Source: Jiangellaceae bacterium
GTDB lineage: Bacteria; Actinomycetota; Actinomycetes; Jiangellales; Jiangellaceae
Length of the DNA: 64,000 nt
NCBI GenBank assembly: GCA_035762665.1
Contig: DASTNZ010000040.1
Location: 15,060-79,059 of the forward strand
Direction: 5' to 3'
The notes under the pieces were generated by a model. It was given only the letters and a program-made list of their open reading frames with translations. It was not told where the DNA came from and did no database searches. A program made the position numbers and the translations under genes. Shown piece after piece: positions 17,847 to 27,090 of the stretch (the stretch's first letter is position 1; every line of letters starts with the position of its first letter).

Positions 17847-20240
17847 ATGAGCACCCGAACCATCGGTGAGCCGATCGTCCGCCGCGAGGACCCGCGCCTG
17901 CTCACCGGGCAGGGCCGGTACGTCGATGACCTGGGCCAGGACGCGCTCGGGGTCGCCTTCGTCCGCAGCCCGCACGCGCATGCCCGCATCGTCGACATCG
18001 ACGTCAGCGATGCCATCGACGTCGACGGCCTGGTCGCCATCTACACCTACGATGACCTGAACGGGCGGGTCGCCGAACCACTACCGATCCTCATCCCGCA
18101 CCCGGCGCTCACCCACGGTCGTACCCCGTACGTGCTCGCCAAGGACGAGGTCAACCACGTGGGCGAGGCGGTCGTCATGGTGGTGGCGGAGGACCGGTAC
18201 CTGGCGGAGGACGCCGCATCTCTGATCAGGGTCGACTACGAACCCCTGCCGCCGGTGGTCGGCATCGAGGCCGCCAGGGAGGCGACGCACCTCGTCCACG
18301 AGGACGTACCCGGCAACGTCGCGGCCAACATGGTCCAGGAGCGGGGGGACGCCCGCGCAGCCATAGCGTCTGCCCCGCACGTCATCGAGCTGGACTTGAG
18401 CATCGAGCGCAGCGCCTCCACCCCGCTGGAGGGCAAAGGGGTGTACGCCCGGTGGGACGACGACGACGCGAGCCTGCGGGTCTACTCGGCGACCCAGGCT
18501 TCGACAAGCGTCCGGTCGGCGATCGCGGCCAAGCTGGGGCTGCCGCCGGACCGGGTGGAAGTCATCGCGCCGGACGTCGGCGGCGGCTTTGGCGTCAAGA
18601 TCGTGCACCCGTGGCCTGAGGAGATACTCGTCCCGTGGGCGGCGATCCGGCTCGGCCGCGAGGTCAAGTGGACTGAGGACCGCCGCGAGCACTTCGTCTC
18701 CGCGACTCACGAGCGCGGCCAGTTACAGCAGATCACCGCCGGATTCGATGACGACGGCCGGCTGCTCGGGCTGGACGTGCGGATCTGGCACGACAACGGC
18801 GCCTACACGCCGTACGGGATCGTCGTCCCCATCGTGACCTCAACCCAGCTCCTCGGTCCGTACAAGCCGGGCGCCTATCGGGTCGAGTTCGACAGCCTGT
18901 ACACGAACACCGTGACCGTGACGCCCTACCGCGGCGCCGGGCGTCCGCAGGGCTGCTTCGCGATGGAGCGGACGATGGATGCCATCGCGGCGCGGCTCGG
19001 GTTGGACCGCACGGTGATCAGAGAACGTAACTTCATCCAACCCGACGAGATGCCCTACGACCACGGGCTGATCTTCCAGGACGGCCGCCCGCTGATCTAC
19101 GACTCCGGCGACTACCCGGCCACGCTCGCCAAGATCAAAAAACTGGTCGGGTGGGACGAGTTCGAGGCTTATCGCGAGCAGGCGCACGCCGAGGGCCGCC
19201 GGGTCGGGATCGGCCTGGCCTGCTACGTCGAGGGGACGGGCGTTGGCCCGTACGAGGGCGGCTGGGTCAAGGTCGAGACCGACGGGACGGTCGTCGTCGC
19301 CACCGGGTTGACGACCCAGGGTCAGGGGCACCAGACGGCGTTCGCGCAGGTGGTGGCCTCCGAACTGGGCGTTCCAATCGATCGAGTGACGGTCGTGACC
19401 GGCGACACCCGGCGGTTCCGCTACGCCGTGGGTACGTTCGCCTCGCGGGCGGCTGTGATGAGCGGCAACGCGGTGGCGGCGGCCGCGCGCAAGGTTCGGC
19501 AGAAAGCACTGCGCATCGCTGCCGAGGCACTGGAGGCCGACCCTGGCGATCTGGAGATCGTCGATGGCGTCATTCAGGTGAAGGGCGCACCCGGCGCGGC
19601 GATCCCACTCGCGACCGTGGCCGTGTTATCCAACCCACTGCGATATGCCTTCGACGAGGAGACCAAGCGGGCGACCCAGTTCGCCACGGTCGCCGACCCG
19701 GACAAGCCGCCCGTGGCCGAAGGCGATGAGCCGGGGCTGGAAGCAACCGGATACTACTCACCACCGCGGTCGACGTTCGCAAATGGCATGCACGCGGCGA
19801 TCGTCGAGACCGACCCGGACACCGCGGAGATCAAGATCGTGCGCTACTGCGTCGTGCACGACTGCGGCACGTTGATCAATCCGCGGATTGTCGAAGGCCA
19901 GATCCACGGCGGGGTCGCGCAGGGCGTCGGCGGAGCGCTCTACGAGCGGATGGTCTACGACGAAAACGGGCAACTGGTCAACGCGTCCTTCATGGACTTC
20001 TTGATGCCGTACGCGACCGAGGTGCCAATCGTCGAAACCGACCACCTGCAGACCCCATCACCGCTGAACCCGCTGGGCATCAAAGGGGCAGGGGAAGCAG
20101 GAGTCATCCCCGGGGCGGCGGTGCTGGCGGCCGCGATCGAGGACGCCGAAGGGATCCCGATCACCCGGATGCCGATAAGTCCGTCCGAGCTGTACGAGCT
20201 GCGCCGAGCTCACGGCGCCGCACAAAAGGAGCGCACATGA
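17847..20240 (+). CDS. Xanthine-dehydrogenase-family molybdopterin-binding large subunit (form-II CoxL-like, substrate unknown)
   Basis: 797 aa. The active-site loop reads TPYRGAGRPQG, the AYRGAGR type and not the AYxCSFR type of genuine CO dehydrogenases. Confidence 0.85.
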   Translation: MSTRTIGEPIVRREDPRLLTGQGRYVDDLGQDALGVAFVRSPHAHARIVDIDVSDAIDVDGLVAIYTYDDLNGRVAEPLPILIPHPALTHGRTPYVLAKDEVNHVGEAVVMVVAEDRYLAEDAASLIRVDYEPLPPVVGIEAAREATHLVHEDVPGNVAANMVQERGDARAAIASAPHVIELDLSIERSASTPLEGKGVYARWDDDDASLRVYSATQASTSVRSAIAAKLGLPPDRVEVIAPDVGGGFGVKIVHPWPEEILVPWAAIRLGREVKWTEDRREHFVSATHERGQLQQITAGFDDDGRLLGLDVRIWHDNGAYTPYGIVVPIVTSTQLLGPYKPGAYRVEFDSLYTNTVTVTPYRGAGRPQGCFAMERTMDAIAARLGLDRTVIRERNFIQPDEMPYDHGLIFQDGRPLIYDSGDYPATLAKIKKLVGWDEFEAYREQAHAEGRRVGIGLACYVEGTGVGPYEGGWVKVETDGTVVVATGLTTQGQGHQTAFAQVVASELGVPIDRVTVVTGDTRRFRYAVGTFASRAAVMSGNAVAAAARKVRQKALRIAAEALEADPGDLEIVDGVIQVKGAPGAAIPLATVAVLSNPLRYAFDEETKRATQFATVADPDKPPVAEGDEPGLEATGYYSPPRSTFANGMHAAIVETDPDTAEIKIVRYCVVHDCGTLINPRIVEGQIHGGVAQGVGGALYERMVYDENGQLVNASFMDFLMPYATEVPIVETDHLQTPSPLNPLGIKGAGEAGVIPGAAVLAAAIEDAEGIPITRMPISPSELYELRRAHGAAQKERT

Positions 20241-20887
20241 AGGTGATCGGATCGGCCGTTCTCAACGCGCCGCGTGATCGGGTGTGGACGGCGCTGAACG
20301 ATCCCGAAGTGCTGGTCCGAACGATTCCCGGGTGCCAGCAGCTTGAGCAGGTAGAGGCGGACTTCTACCGGGCGACGGTCAACGCCGGGGTCGCGTCCAT
20401 CAAGGGGGTGTACTCCGGGGAGGTGAAGCTGACCGACCAGGTCGAGCCGGAGTCGTTCATCTTGCACGCCGCCGGCGCGGGTGCGCCTGGAACGGTGTCT
20501 GCGGACGTACATGTCCGCCTCACCGACGTCGACGGGGGCAGTACTCGCCTGGACTACGATGCTGACGCGGTGGTCGGCGGGATGATCGCCGGGGTCGGCC
20601 AGCGGATGCTTGCCAGCGTAGCCAAGCGCACTGCCGGGGACTTCTTCGCCGCCGTCGATGACGTGCTGCTCGGCCGGGCCGAACTGGCCGCCCCGGCCGT
20701 CGGGGTTCCGGGAGTGACAGGGGCACCGATCGAGGTTGCTGGCATACCCGAAGGGCAGGGCCCCGTCTACACAGCACCGCCTCGGGCGCGACCCGGCGTT
20801 CCGATCGGCACCGTGCTCGGCGCGGCCGTCCTGGGTGCGCTGATCGCCCTCGCCGGCGTCCTCGTCGGCGCGCTGATTGCTCGATGA
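20237..20887 (+). CDS. CoxG-like SRPBCC protein with C-terminal membrane anchor
   Basis: N-terminal MKVIGSAVLNAPRDRVWTALNDPEVL... is CoxG-like. C-terminus VLGAAVLGALIALAGVLVGALIAR is a TM helix. ATGA overlap with the large subunit gene. Confidence 0.75.
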   Translation: MKVIGSAVLNAPRDRVWTALNDPEVLVRTIPGCQQLEQVEADFYRATVNAGVASIKGVYSGEVKLTDQVEPESFILHAAGAGAPGTVSADVHVRLTDVDGGSTRLDYDADAVVGGMIAGVGQRMLASVAKRTAGDFFAAVDDVLLGRAELAAPAVGVPGVTGAPIEVAGIPEGQGPVYTAPPRARPGVPIGTVLGAAVLGALIALAGVLVGALIAR

Positions 20888-20894
20888 CTGCTCT

Positions 20895-21542
20895 TCAAGG
20901 CGACAAGTAGCGCAGCACGGCGAGAACCCGCCGGTGATCGTCCGCGCCCGGGGACAGGCCGAGGATGTCGTAGATGTGTGATGTGTGCTGCACCACGGCC
21001 TTCTCGGTGATGGTCAGCTGCCGGGCGATCGCGGCGTTGCTACGCCCTTGGGCCATCAGCGCCAAGACCTCGTGCTGGCGCTCGGTGAGCCGGCCGAGCG
21101 CGTCGTCACTGTGCTGCGCGCGCGCCAGCATGAGTGCGACGACCTCTGGGTCGAGAACCGTCCCGCCGTTGCACACCCGCTCCAGATCTTCACAGAATGT
21201 GTCGATGTCCGCGATCCGTTGCTTGAGCAGGTATCCAACGCCGGACGGGAACTCGGCCAGCAGTTCAGCTGCGTACCGGCGCTGTACATGCTGAGACAGC
21301 ACGACGACCGCGGTCTGTGGCCGGGCCCGGCGGATCTGCAGCGCGGCGACAAGTCCTTCGTCGGTGTGGCTGGGAGGCATTCGGATGTCGGTCACCACGA
21401 GGTCCGGCTTGTGCTCGCGGGCGCGGCGGACCAGTTCTGTGGCATCTGCAGCGGTGGCGACGACCTCGAAGCCCGCGTGGTCGAGGACGTGGGTGAGACC
21501 CTGGCGGAGCAGCACCTCGTCCTCGCCGATCACGACCCGCAT
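20895..21542 (-). CDS. NarL/LuxR-family two-component response regulator
   Basis: Receiver domain (DLVVTDIRMPP) plus LuxR HTH (LTERQHEVLALMAQGRSNAAIARQLTITEKAVVQHTSHIY). Confidence 0.9.
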   Translation of the reverse strand: MRVVIGEDEVLLRQGLTHVLDHAGFEVVATAADATELVRRAREHKPDLVVTDIRMPPSHTDEGLVAALQIRRARPQTAVVVLSQHVQRRYAAELLAEFPSGVGYLLKQRIADIDTFCEDLERVCNGGTVLDPEVVALMLARAQHSDDALGRLTERQHEVLALMAQGRSNAAIARQLTITEKAVVQHTSHIYDILGLSPGADDHRRVLAVLRYLSP

Positions 21543-23293
21543 GGCAGCTCTGCCAGCAGTTGGGTGCCCTGACCGTCCGGACTGTGCACTCGCATCCGGC
21601 CGCCCAGGGTGTCGATTCGGTCTGCCAGGCCACGCAGGCCCGAACCGTTGGCCATTGATGCGCCACCTACACCGTCGTCGCGTACCTCGATGTGCAGGGA
21701 CTCGCCGGACAGGACAAGGCGAACGTCCAACTTTTGGGCATTTGCGTACTTCAGTGCATTGGCCAGTCCTTCCGCTAGCACGAAGTATGCTGTGCTCTCT
21801 ACCGTCGACGGTAGGGCGTGATCAGGCACGCGCAGCTCCAGTTTGGTCGGGACCGGAACACGGTCGACGAGGTCCTCGGCTGCCGCGGACAGACCCCGTT
21901 CGATCAGCGCGGCGGGCATCACAGTGTGTACGAGGTGCCGCAGGTCGGCCGCGGCGGCGTCGATCTCTTCGCGCAGTGCGCTGGCCGAGCGCTGGGTTGC
22001 CTCGGTCGCGCCAGGATCGTTGGCGATCTGCTGTGCGTCGAGTGCGAGTAGCACGAGCCGCACCTGCAGGCCGTCGTGCAAGTTCCGCGCGATCACCCGC
22101 CGCTCGCGGTCCGCGGCTTCGACGAGCCTGGCTCGGGATCGCCGCAACGCCGCGTCGCTGGCGCGTAGCTCCGCGGTCAGCCGCTCGTTGTCCACGGCGA
22201 TGGCCACCACCCGGCCGGCGGCGCGCACTGGTTCGGGATCACCGATGAGTGTGGCGTCATAGATGATCGCGCCAACCCGGCGATCGCCTAGGTCGATTTC
22301 GACGACAGCCCGTCCGGATCCGGCGGCCGGCAGTGCGACCGGCCGGCCCGAAGCGTCGACATACCGGCCGTTACCAGGTATCCAGAAGACCAGCTTGAGC
22401 GAGTCGTCGCCCAACGTGCGGGCGAGCGCATCGGTCAGCGCCGGGCGATCTTCCCAGGCGGTTCCCAGCCAGACCCCAAGCTCCTCGATCTGGCCGGTGC
22501 GAGCGAAGCCGCCGCGTAGCAGGCCGAGCACGAAGGCCACCGGGATACCCGCCAGCGCAATTAGCTGCATGCCGAACACCACGCTGGGCGAAAGTCCGGC
22601 CACCGGCCCCAGAACGTTGGGGGCGAGCGGGATGAACGAGACCGCGAGAATGCCGTACCCGAACACCGGCGCCTGGACGCGGCGCTGTGCGTGATCGGCG
22701 TGCCGCAGCCGGTCGGCGAGGATCACCACTGTCACCGCCATCACCGCGGCGCCGACGATGGCCTGGACCTGGTTGCCGAGCTCGGCAAGCTCGGGCCGGT
22801 CGGCGATGGTCAGCAGGTGATAGGGCCTCGGCTGGGCAACGAACAGGTAGAGCGGAGCCTGCAGGACGAGGCTGGTGAAATAGGCGGTGGCGACGGTCAG
22901 CCGGGATGCTCTGGCTTCCAGCCGCCCTGAAGGAAAGGCGTGCAGGAGGTGTACCACTACCGCCAGCGAGAGGGTCGCGGCCACAAAGGACACCGCGATC
23001 AGTGCCGGGACGCCGGTGACGTTCAGCGACCCGAGAAGCAGCGACACGCCGCCTGCGACGATCAGCACTCCGATCCGGTTGCTCGGCCGCCGCTGCCAGG
23101 CCAGTAACCCGGCTCCGACATATAGCCAGGCGACCATGACGAAACCGACCGGCGGCCAGGCGGGGTCGGGCTCCCCGGTGTGGAACGCCACCGCGATCAC
23201 GCTGGCGCCGATGACGAAGGCCAGCAGACCGACCAGCGCGATCGCCAACTCAAGCGATCGAACCACTGACGAGCGTCCCCCCCGTGGCGTCAT
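21530..23293 (-). CDS. Membrane sensor histidine kinase (NarX/DesK-like HisKA_3 type)
   Basis: Multi-TM N-terminal half. H-box IARNLHDGLQVRL. HATPase region VRDDGVGG...GSGLRGLADRIDTLGG. Overlaps the regulator gene. Start trimmed to ATG 23293. Confidence 0.85.
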   Translation of the reverse strand: MTPRGGRSSVVRSLELAIALVGLLAFVIGASVIAVAFHTGEPDPAWPPVGFVMVAWLYVGAGLLAWQRRPSNRIGVLIVAGGVSLLLGSLNVTGVPALIAVSFVAATLSLAVVVHLLHAFPSGRLEARASRLTVATAYFTSLVLQAPLYLFVAQPRPYHLLTIADRPELAELGNQVQAIVGAAVMAVTVVILADRLRHADHAQRRVQAPVFGYGILAVSFIPLAPNVLGPVAGLSPSVVFGMQLIALAGIPVAFVLGLLRGGFARTGQIEELGVWLGTAWEDRPALTDALARTLGDDSLKLVFWIPGNGRYVDASGRPVALPAAGSGRAVVEIDLGDRRVGAIIYDATLIGDPEPVRAAGRVVAIAVDNERLTAELRASDAALRRSRARLVEAADRERRVIARNLHDGLQVRLVLLALDAQQIANDPGATEATQRSASALREEIDAAAADLRHLVHTVMPAALIERGLSAAAEDLVDRVPVPTKLELRVPDHALPSTVESTAYFVLAEGLANALKYANAQKLDVRLVLSGESLHIEVRDDGVGGASMANGSGLRGLADRIDTLGGRMRVHSPDGQGTQLLAELPCGS

Positions 23294-23539
23294 GGGAAAA
23301 GAGTGCCAGGCGTTCGCGGCGTGAAGAAAGGACTTGGATCCAGTGAAATGGCGACTCAAGTCTATTGGCACCGGCTCGGCAAGGGCACAACACTTCTCCT
23401 CAGGGTGCCGCCGGACCATCGAGGCCGGGGGAACAGCGTGGTCGAGGTCACCGACGAACTGTCTGGTTCGTTGCGGGGTGGCGCAAGATCACTGCTGTCA
23501 TGATGGCTGGTTTCGCGCACCTGCGTCGCGCGGACGGGT

Positions 23540-24904
23540 GTGGAGTACACGGGGACGGGGACCGTTCCTCACCCGCCGCCGGCGCCGTGGAGTGGCGAAA
23601 CAGTGGACAATGCCGGTGTGGCTGCCGACGTCGCAGGACTACCGTTGCCAACCCTGGTCGATGTGCTTCATGCCGGCGATCTCGGCGTTGTTGAGGTCGC
23701 AACGGCGTGTCTGGAGGCCGTCGCAGCCCGCGAGGACGAGCTGCAGGCGTGGGTGACCATCGACAGGGACGCCGTCCTCGCCCGAGCTCTCGAGCTGGAT
23801 GCCGTGCCGAGTGAGCGCCGCGGGCCTCTGCATGGGGTACCGATCGGGGTCAAGGACATCATCGACACCGCCGACCTGCCGACCGAGTACGGTTCGCCGA
23901 TCTACGCAGGCCACCGTCCAAGCGCGGACGCCGAAGTGGTTGCACGGCTGCGAGTGGCGGGCGCCTTGGTCATCGGCAAGACCGTGACCACCGAGTTCGC
24001 GTTGTTCCAGCCCGGGCCTACGACGAACCCGCACGACCTGACGCGTACTCCTGGTGGCTCGTCCAGTGGATCGGCCGCGGCCGTTGGGGCGGGCACGATC
24101 CCGCTGGCCCTGGGTACGCAGACGGCCGGGTCGGTGGTGCGTCCCGCGTCCTTCTGCGGAGTCGTCGGCGTGAAGCCGACGTTCGGAACGATCCCTGCCG
24201 CCGGGGTAAAGCCGTGCAGCCCGACGCTCGACACCATTGGGATCTTCGCCGGCGACGTCGCCGGCGCGGCGCAAGCGCTTCGGGTGCTGACCGGTGAACC
24301 CGCTCGGCCGATTGCGGATTACGACCCTGTGAGGGTTGGGTTCGCGCGGACGCCGGAATGGGGCTGCATCCCTGAGAACACCCGGGCGGTGATCGAACGA
24401 GCGGCTGAGAAGGTTGGCGCGGCACTGGACGTGGTGGAGGTCGACGTGCCGTTCGCCGGGCTGGCGGAGGCTCAGACAGTGGTCATGCAGGTGGAGGCGA
24501 CGAGGGCACTGGCGGCCGAGCGGGCACGGCATGCCGATCAGCTGAGCCCCGCGCTGCTGGACGTTCTCCGGGCCGGCGACCACGCCGCCTGGGCGTACGA
24601 GGCAGCGCTTGCCCACATCGACCGGTGCCGTGACCGCCTGGATGAGGTGTTCGCGGCGGTCGACGTGCTGCTGGCGCCGAGTGTGTTGGGGGAAGCACCA
24701 CCGATCGAGCAGGGCACGGGCGACCCGCTGCTCTGCCGAGCCTGGACCGCACTCGGCGCGCCGGCGGTGTCCATACCCGGCCTCGTCGGCCCGGCCGGCC
24801 TGCCGCTCGGTGTCCAGGTGATCGCACTGCCGGGCAGGGACGATCTCGCGCTTGCCGGAGCCCATCAGATTGCCGCGGTCATCGCGACTCCAGCGGGGGA
24901 CTAG
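23540..24904 (+). CDS. Amidase-signature family amidohydrolase
   Basis: GGSSSGSAAAVGAG...GTQTAGSVVRPASFCGVVGVKPTFG is the amidase signature with catalytic Ser residues. The start is uncertain (several GTG candidates downstream of 23540). Confidence 0.85.
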   Translation: MEYTGTGTVPHPPPAPWSGETVDNAGVAADVAGLPLPTLVDVLHAGDLGVVEVATACLEAVAAREDELQAWVTIDRDAVLARALELDAVPSERRGPLHGVPIGVKDIIDTADLPTEYGSPIYAGHRPSADAEVVARLRVAGALVIGKTVTTEFALFQPGPTTNPHDLTRTPGGSSSGSAAAVGAGTIPLALGTQTAGSVVRPASFCGVVGVKPTFGTIPAAGVKPCSPTLDTIGIFAGDVAGAAQALRVLTGEPARPIADYDPVRVGFARTPEWGCIPENTRAVIERAAEKVGAALDVVEVDVPFAGLAEAQTVVMQVEATRALAAERARHADQLSPALLDVLRAGDHAAWAYEAALAHIDRCRDRLDEVFAAVDVLLAPSVLGEAPPIEQGTGDPLLCRAWTALGAPAVSIPGLVGPAGLPLGVQVIALPGRDDLALAGAHQIAAVIATPAGD

Positions 24905-24957
24905 GCAGACGGCAGATGCGCAGGCCGGTTGAATGAGGGCGGGAGAAGGGAGCCGGC

Positions 24958-27090
24958 ATGCCGCCCAGCATCCGCATCGGTATCGACACAGGTGGCACGT
25001 TCACCGACGTCGTGGCCGTCGACGAAATCTCCGGCAAGATCGTCACCACCAAGACGCCATCCACGCCAGCCGATCCGGCCGACGGGTTCCTGGCCGGCCT
25101 GTGTAAGGCGCTCGAGCTGCTCGGCAACGGCAGCGACGCCCTCACCGCGGTAAGCCACGGCACGACGGTCGCGACCAATGCCCTCCTGCAAGGCAATGTA
25201 GGCAATCTCGGGTTCATCACCACGGAGGGGTACCGGCACCTCCTCGAGATCGCCCGCCAGTCGGTGCCGGACGGGTACGGCAACAGCTACTTCTGGATCA
25301 AGCCGGCTCGCATCGTCCCAGCCGACCTGGTGCGGACGGTCCGTGGGCGGCTCGCCGTGGACGGCACCGAGGTCCGGCCGTTCGACGAGGCCAGCGCGGT
25401 GACCGCAGCCAGGTTCTTCCGGGAACGCGGCGTCAGCACCGTCGGCGTCTGCTTCCTGCACAGCTACGCCAATCCGGAGCACGAGCTGCGAATGCGAGAC
25501 GTCCTCGCCCGCGAGCACCCTGACGCGACCGTGTCGATCTCCTCCGACGTGCTCCGCGAGTACCGCGAGTACGAGCGCAGCGTCACGACCCTCGTCGACG
25601 CAGCCGTCAAGCCGACGATCCGCCGATACGTCGAGAACGTGCGGAGCCGCCTGAACCGGCTGACCGGCAGGCCAGTGCCTTTCTACGTGATGAAGTCCAA
25701 CGGTGGCGTGCTGTCGGCGGCGGAGGTCATCCACCAGCCGATCACCACCGTGCTGTCCGGCCCGGCGGCCGGCGCACTGGGCGCTGCGGTCGTCGCGACC
25801 GCCGCCGGCTGTTCCAAGGTGCTGACCCTGGACGGTGGTGGCACATCCACGGACGTCACTGTTGTGCAGAACGGTCATCCCGCGCTGACGACTGAGGGCA
25901 GCGTCGGTGCCTACCCAAGCAAGATCCCGATGATCGATGTCGTCACGGTGGGCGCTGGCGGCGGTTCGGTGGCGTGGATAAGCCCGGAGGGCACGCTCAA
26001 GGTGGGACCACGCTCGGCCGGGGCCGAGCCTGGCCCGCTGTGCTACGGAAAGGGGGGCACCGAGGTAACTGTCACGGATGCCCACGCGGTACTCGGCCGG
26101 ATACCGCCGCACCTGCTGGGTGGCGAGATCCCGCTGGACGTCGAGGCCGCGCGGGCGGGCCTCACCGAGTTGGCGGCCCGGCTGGATCTGAACGTGGAGC
26201 GGTGCGCAGCCGGCATCCTCGAGATATCAGCCTGGAACCAGGCCAACGCGCTGCGCCAGGTGACGGTGAAGCGTGGCCTGGACGCTCGTGATTTCACCCT
26301 GGTCAGCTTTGGTGGTTCCGGGTCGCTGCTGGCCTGTCGGCTGGCCGACGTCCTCGGCCTGGACGGCGTCCTGGTGCCGCCGAACCCCGGCAACCTGTCG
26401 GCGTACGGTCTGCTGACCGTTGACGTCCGCAACGACTACGTCCGGACCGCCGTGTCGCGACACAGCGCAGTGGACGTGGCGGCCGTTGAGAAGGTGCTCG
26501 CCGATCTCGAAGTGGCTGCGGACGACGCGCTCGCCCGAGAGGGGTTCGCCCCGGAGTCCCGTCGCTTCCTGCGTACCGCAGACCTGCGGTACTACGGGCA
26601 AGCCTTCGAGGTGCGGGTCGCCGTCCCGGACGGGCCCGTGACGCCGGAGTTGCTGGACTCTGTCGCGGACACCTTCCACGCCGAACACCGGTCGCTCTAC
26701 GGATACGACTTCCGGCGCGATCCGCGGCAGGAGGTCGAGTGGGTCAATATCCGGGTGACCGGCGTCGGCCCGATTGAGACGCCGTCCCTTCCCGAGGTGG
26801 CGCGTCGCAAGGGCGCTGGCCAGGCTCGCTCCGGCTCTCGCCAGGTGTTCTTCGACGCCTGGACCGACGCCGCCGTCTACGAGCGAGCCGGCCTGGGCGC
26901 GGGTGACACAATTGCGGGCCCGGCCATCATCGAGGAGTACGGCTCGACGGTGCCGGTCCATCCGGGGTTCCGTGCCCAGGTCGACCGGCACGGGAACCTC
27001 CGGCTAGCTAGATCAAGTGGTCCGAACTTGCGCGACACTCCCGGTGAGTCGCACCAGATGGGCCCACATGATCAAGGAGGTGCCAAGTGA
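24958..27090 (+). CDS. Hydantoinase/oxoprolinase family protein, A (HyuA-like) subunit
   Basis: 710 aa. IGIDTGGTFTDVV N-terminus and an LDGGGTSTDV second ATPase motif. Confidence 0.9.
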   Translation: MPPSIRIGIDTGGTFTDVVAVDEISGKIVTTKTPSTPADPADGFLAGLCKALELLGNGSDALTAVSHGTTVATNALLQGNVGNLGFITTEGYRHLLEIARQSVPDGYGNSYFWIKPARIVPADLVRTVRGRLAVDGTEVRPFDEASAVTAARFFRERGVSTVGVCFLHSYANPEHELRMRDVLAREHPDATVSISSDVLREYREYERSVTTLVDAAVKPTIRRYVENVRSRLNRLTGRPVPFYVMKSNGGVLSAAEVIHQPITTVLSGPAAGALGAAVVATAAGCSKVLTLDGGGTSTDVTVVQNGHPALTTEGSVGAYPSKIPMIDVVTVGAGGGSVAWISPEGTLKVGPRSAGAEPGPLCYGKGGTEVTVTDAHAVLGRIPPHLLGGEIPLDVEAARAGLTELAARLDLNVERCAAGILEISAWNQANALRQVTVKRGLDARDFTLVSFGGSGSLLACRLADVLGLDGVLVPPNPGNLSAYGLLTVDVRNDYVRTAVSRHSAVDVAAVEKVLADLEVAADDALAREGFAPESRRFLRTADLRYYGQAFEVRVAVPDGPVTPELLDSVADTFHAEHRSLYGYDFRRDPRQEVEWVNIRVTGVGPIETPSLPEVARRKGAGQARSGSRQVFFDAWTDAAVYERAGLGAGDTIAGPAIIEEYGSTVPVHPGFRAQVDRHGNLRLARSSGPNLRDTPGESHQMGPHDQGGAK

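Noticed and set aside
16419-20240. Annotation of the three-subunit Mo enzyme as aerobic carbon monoxide dehydrogenase (CoxMSL).
   Set aside because: The large-subunit active-site loop reads PYRGAGR, not the AYxCSFR loop of form-I CODH. I therefore call it only an XDH-family hydroxylase of unknown substrate.
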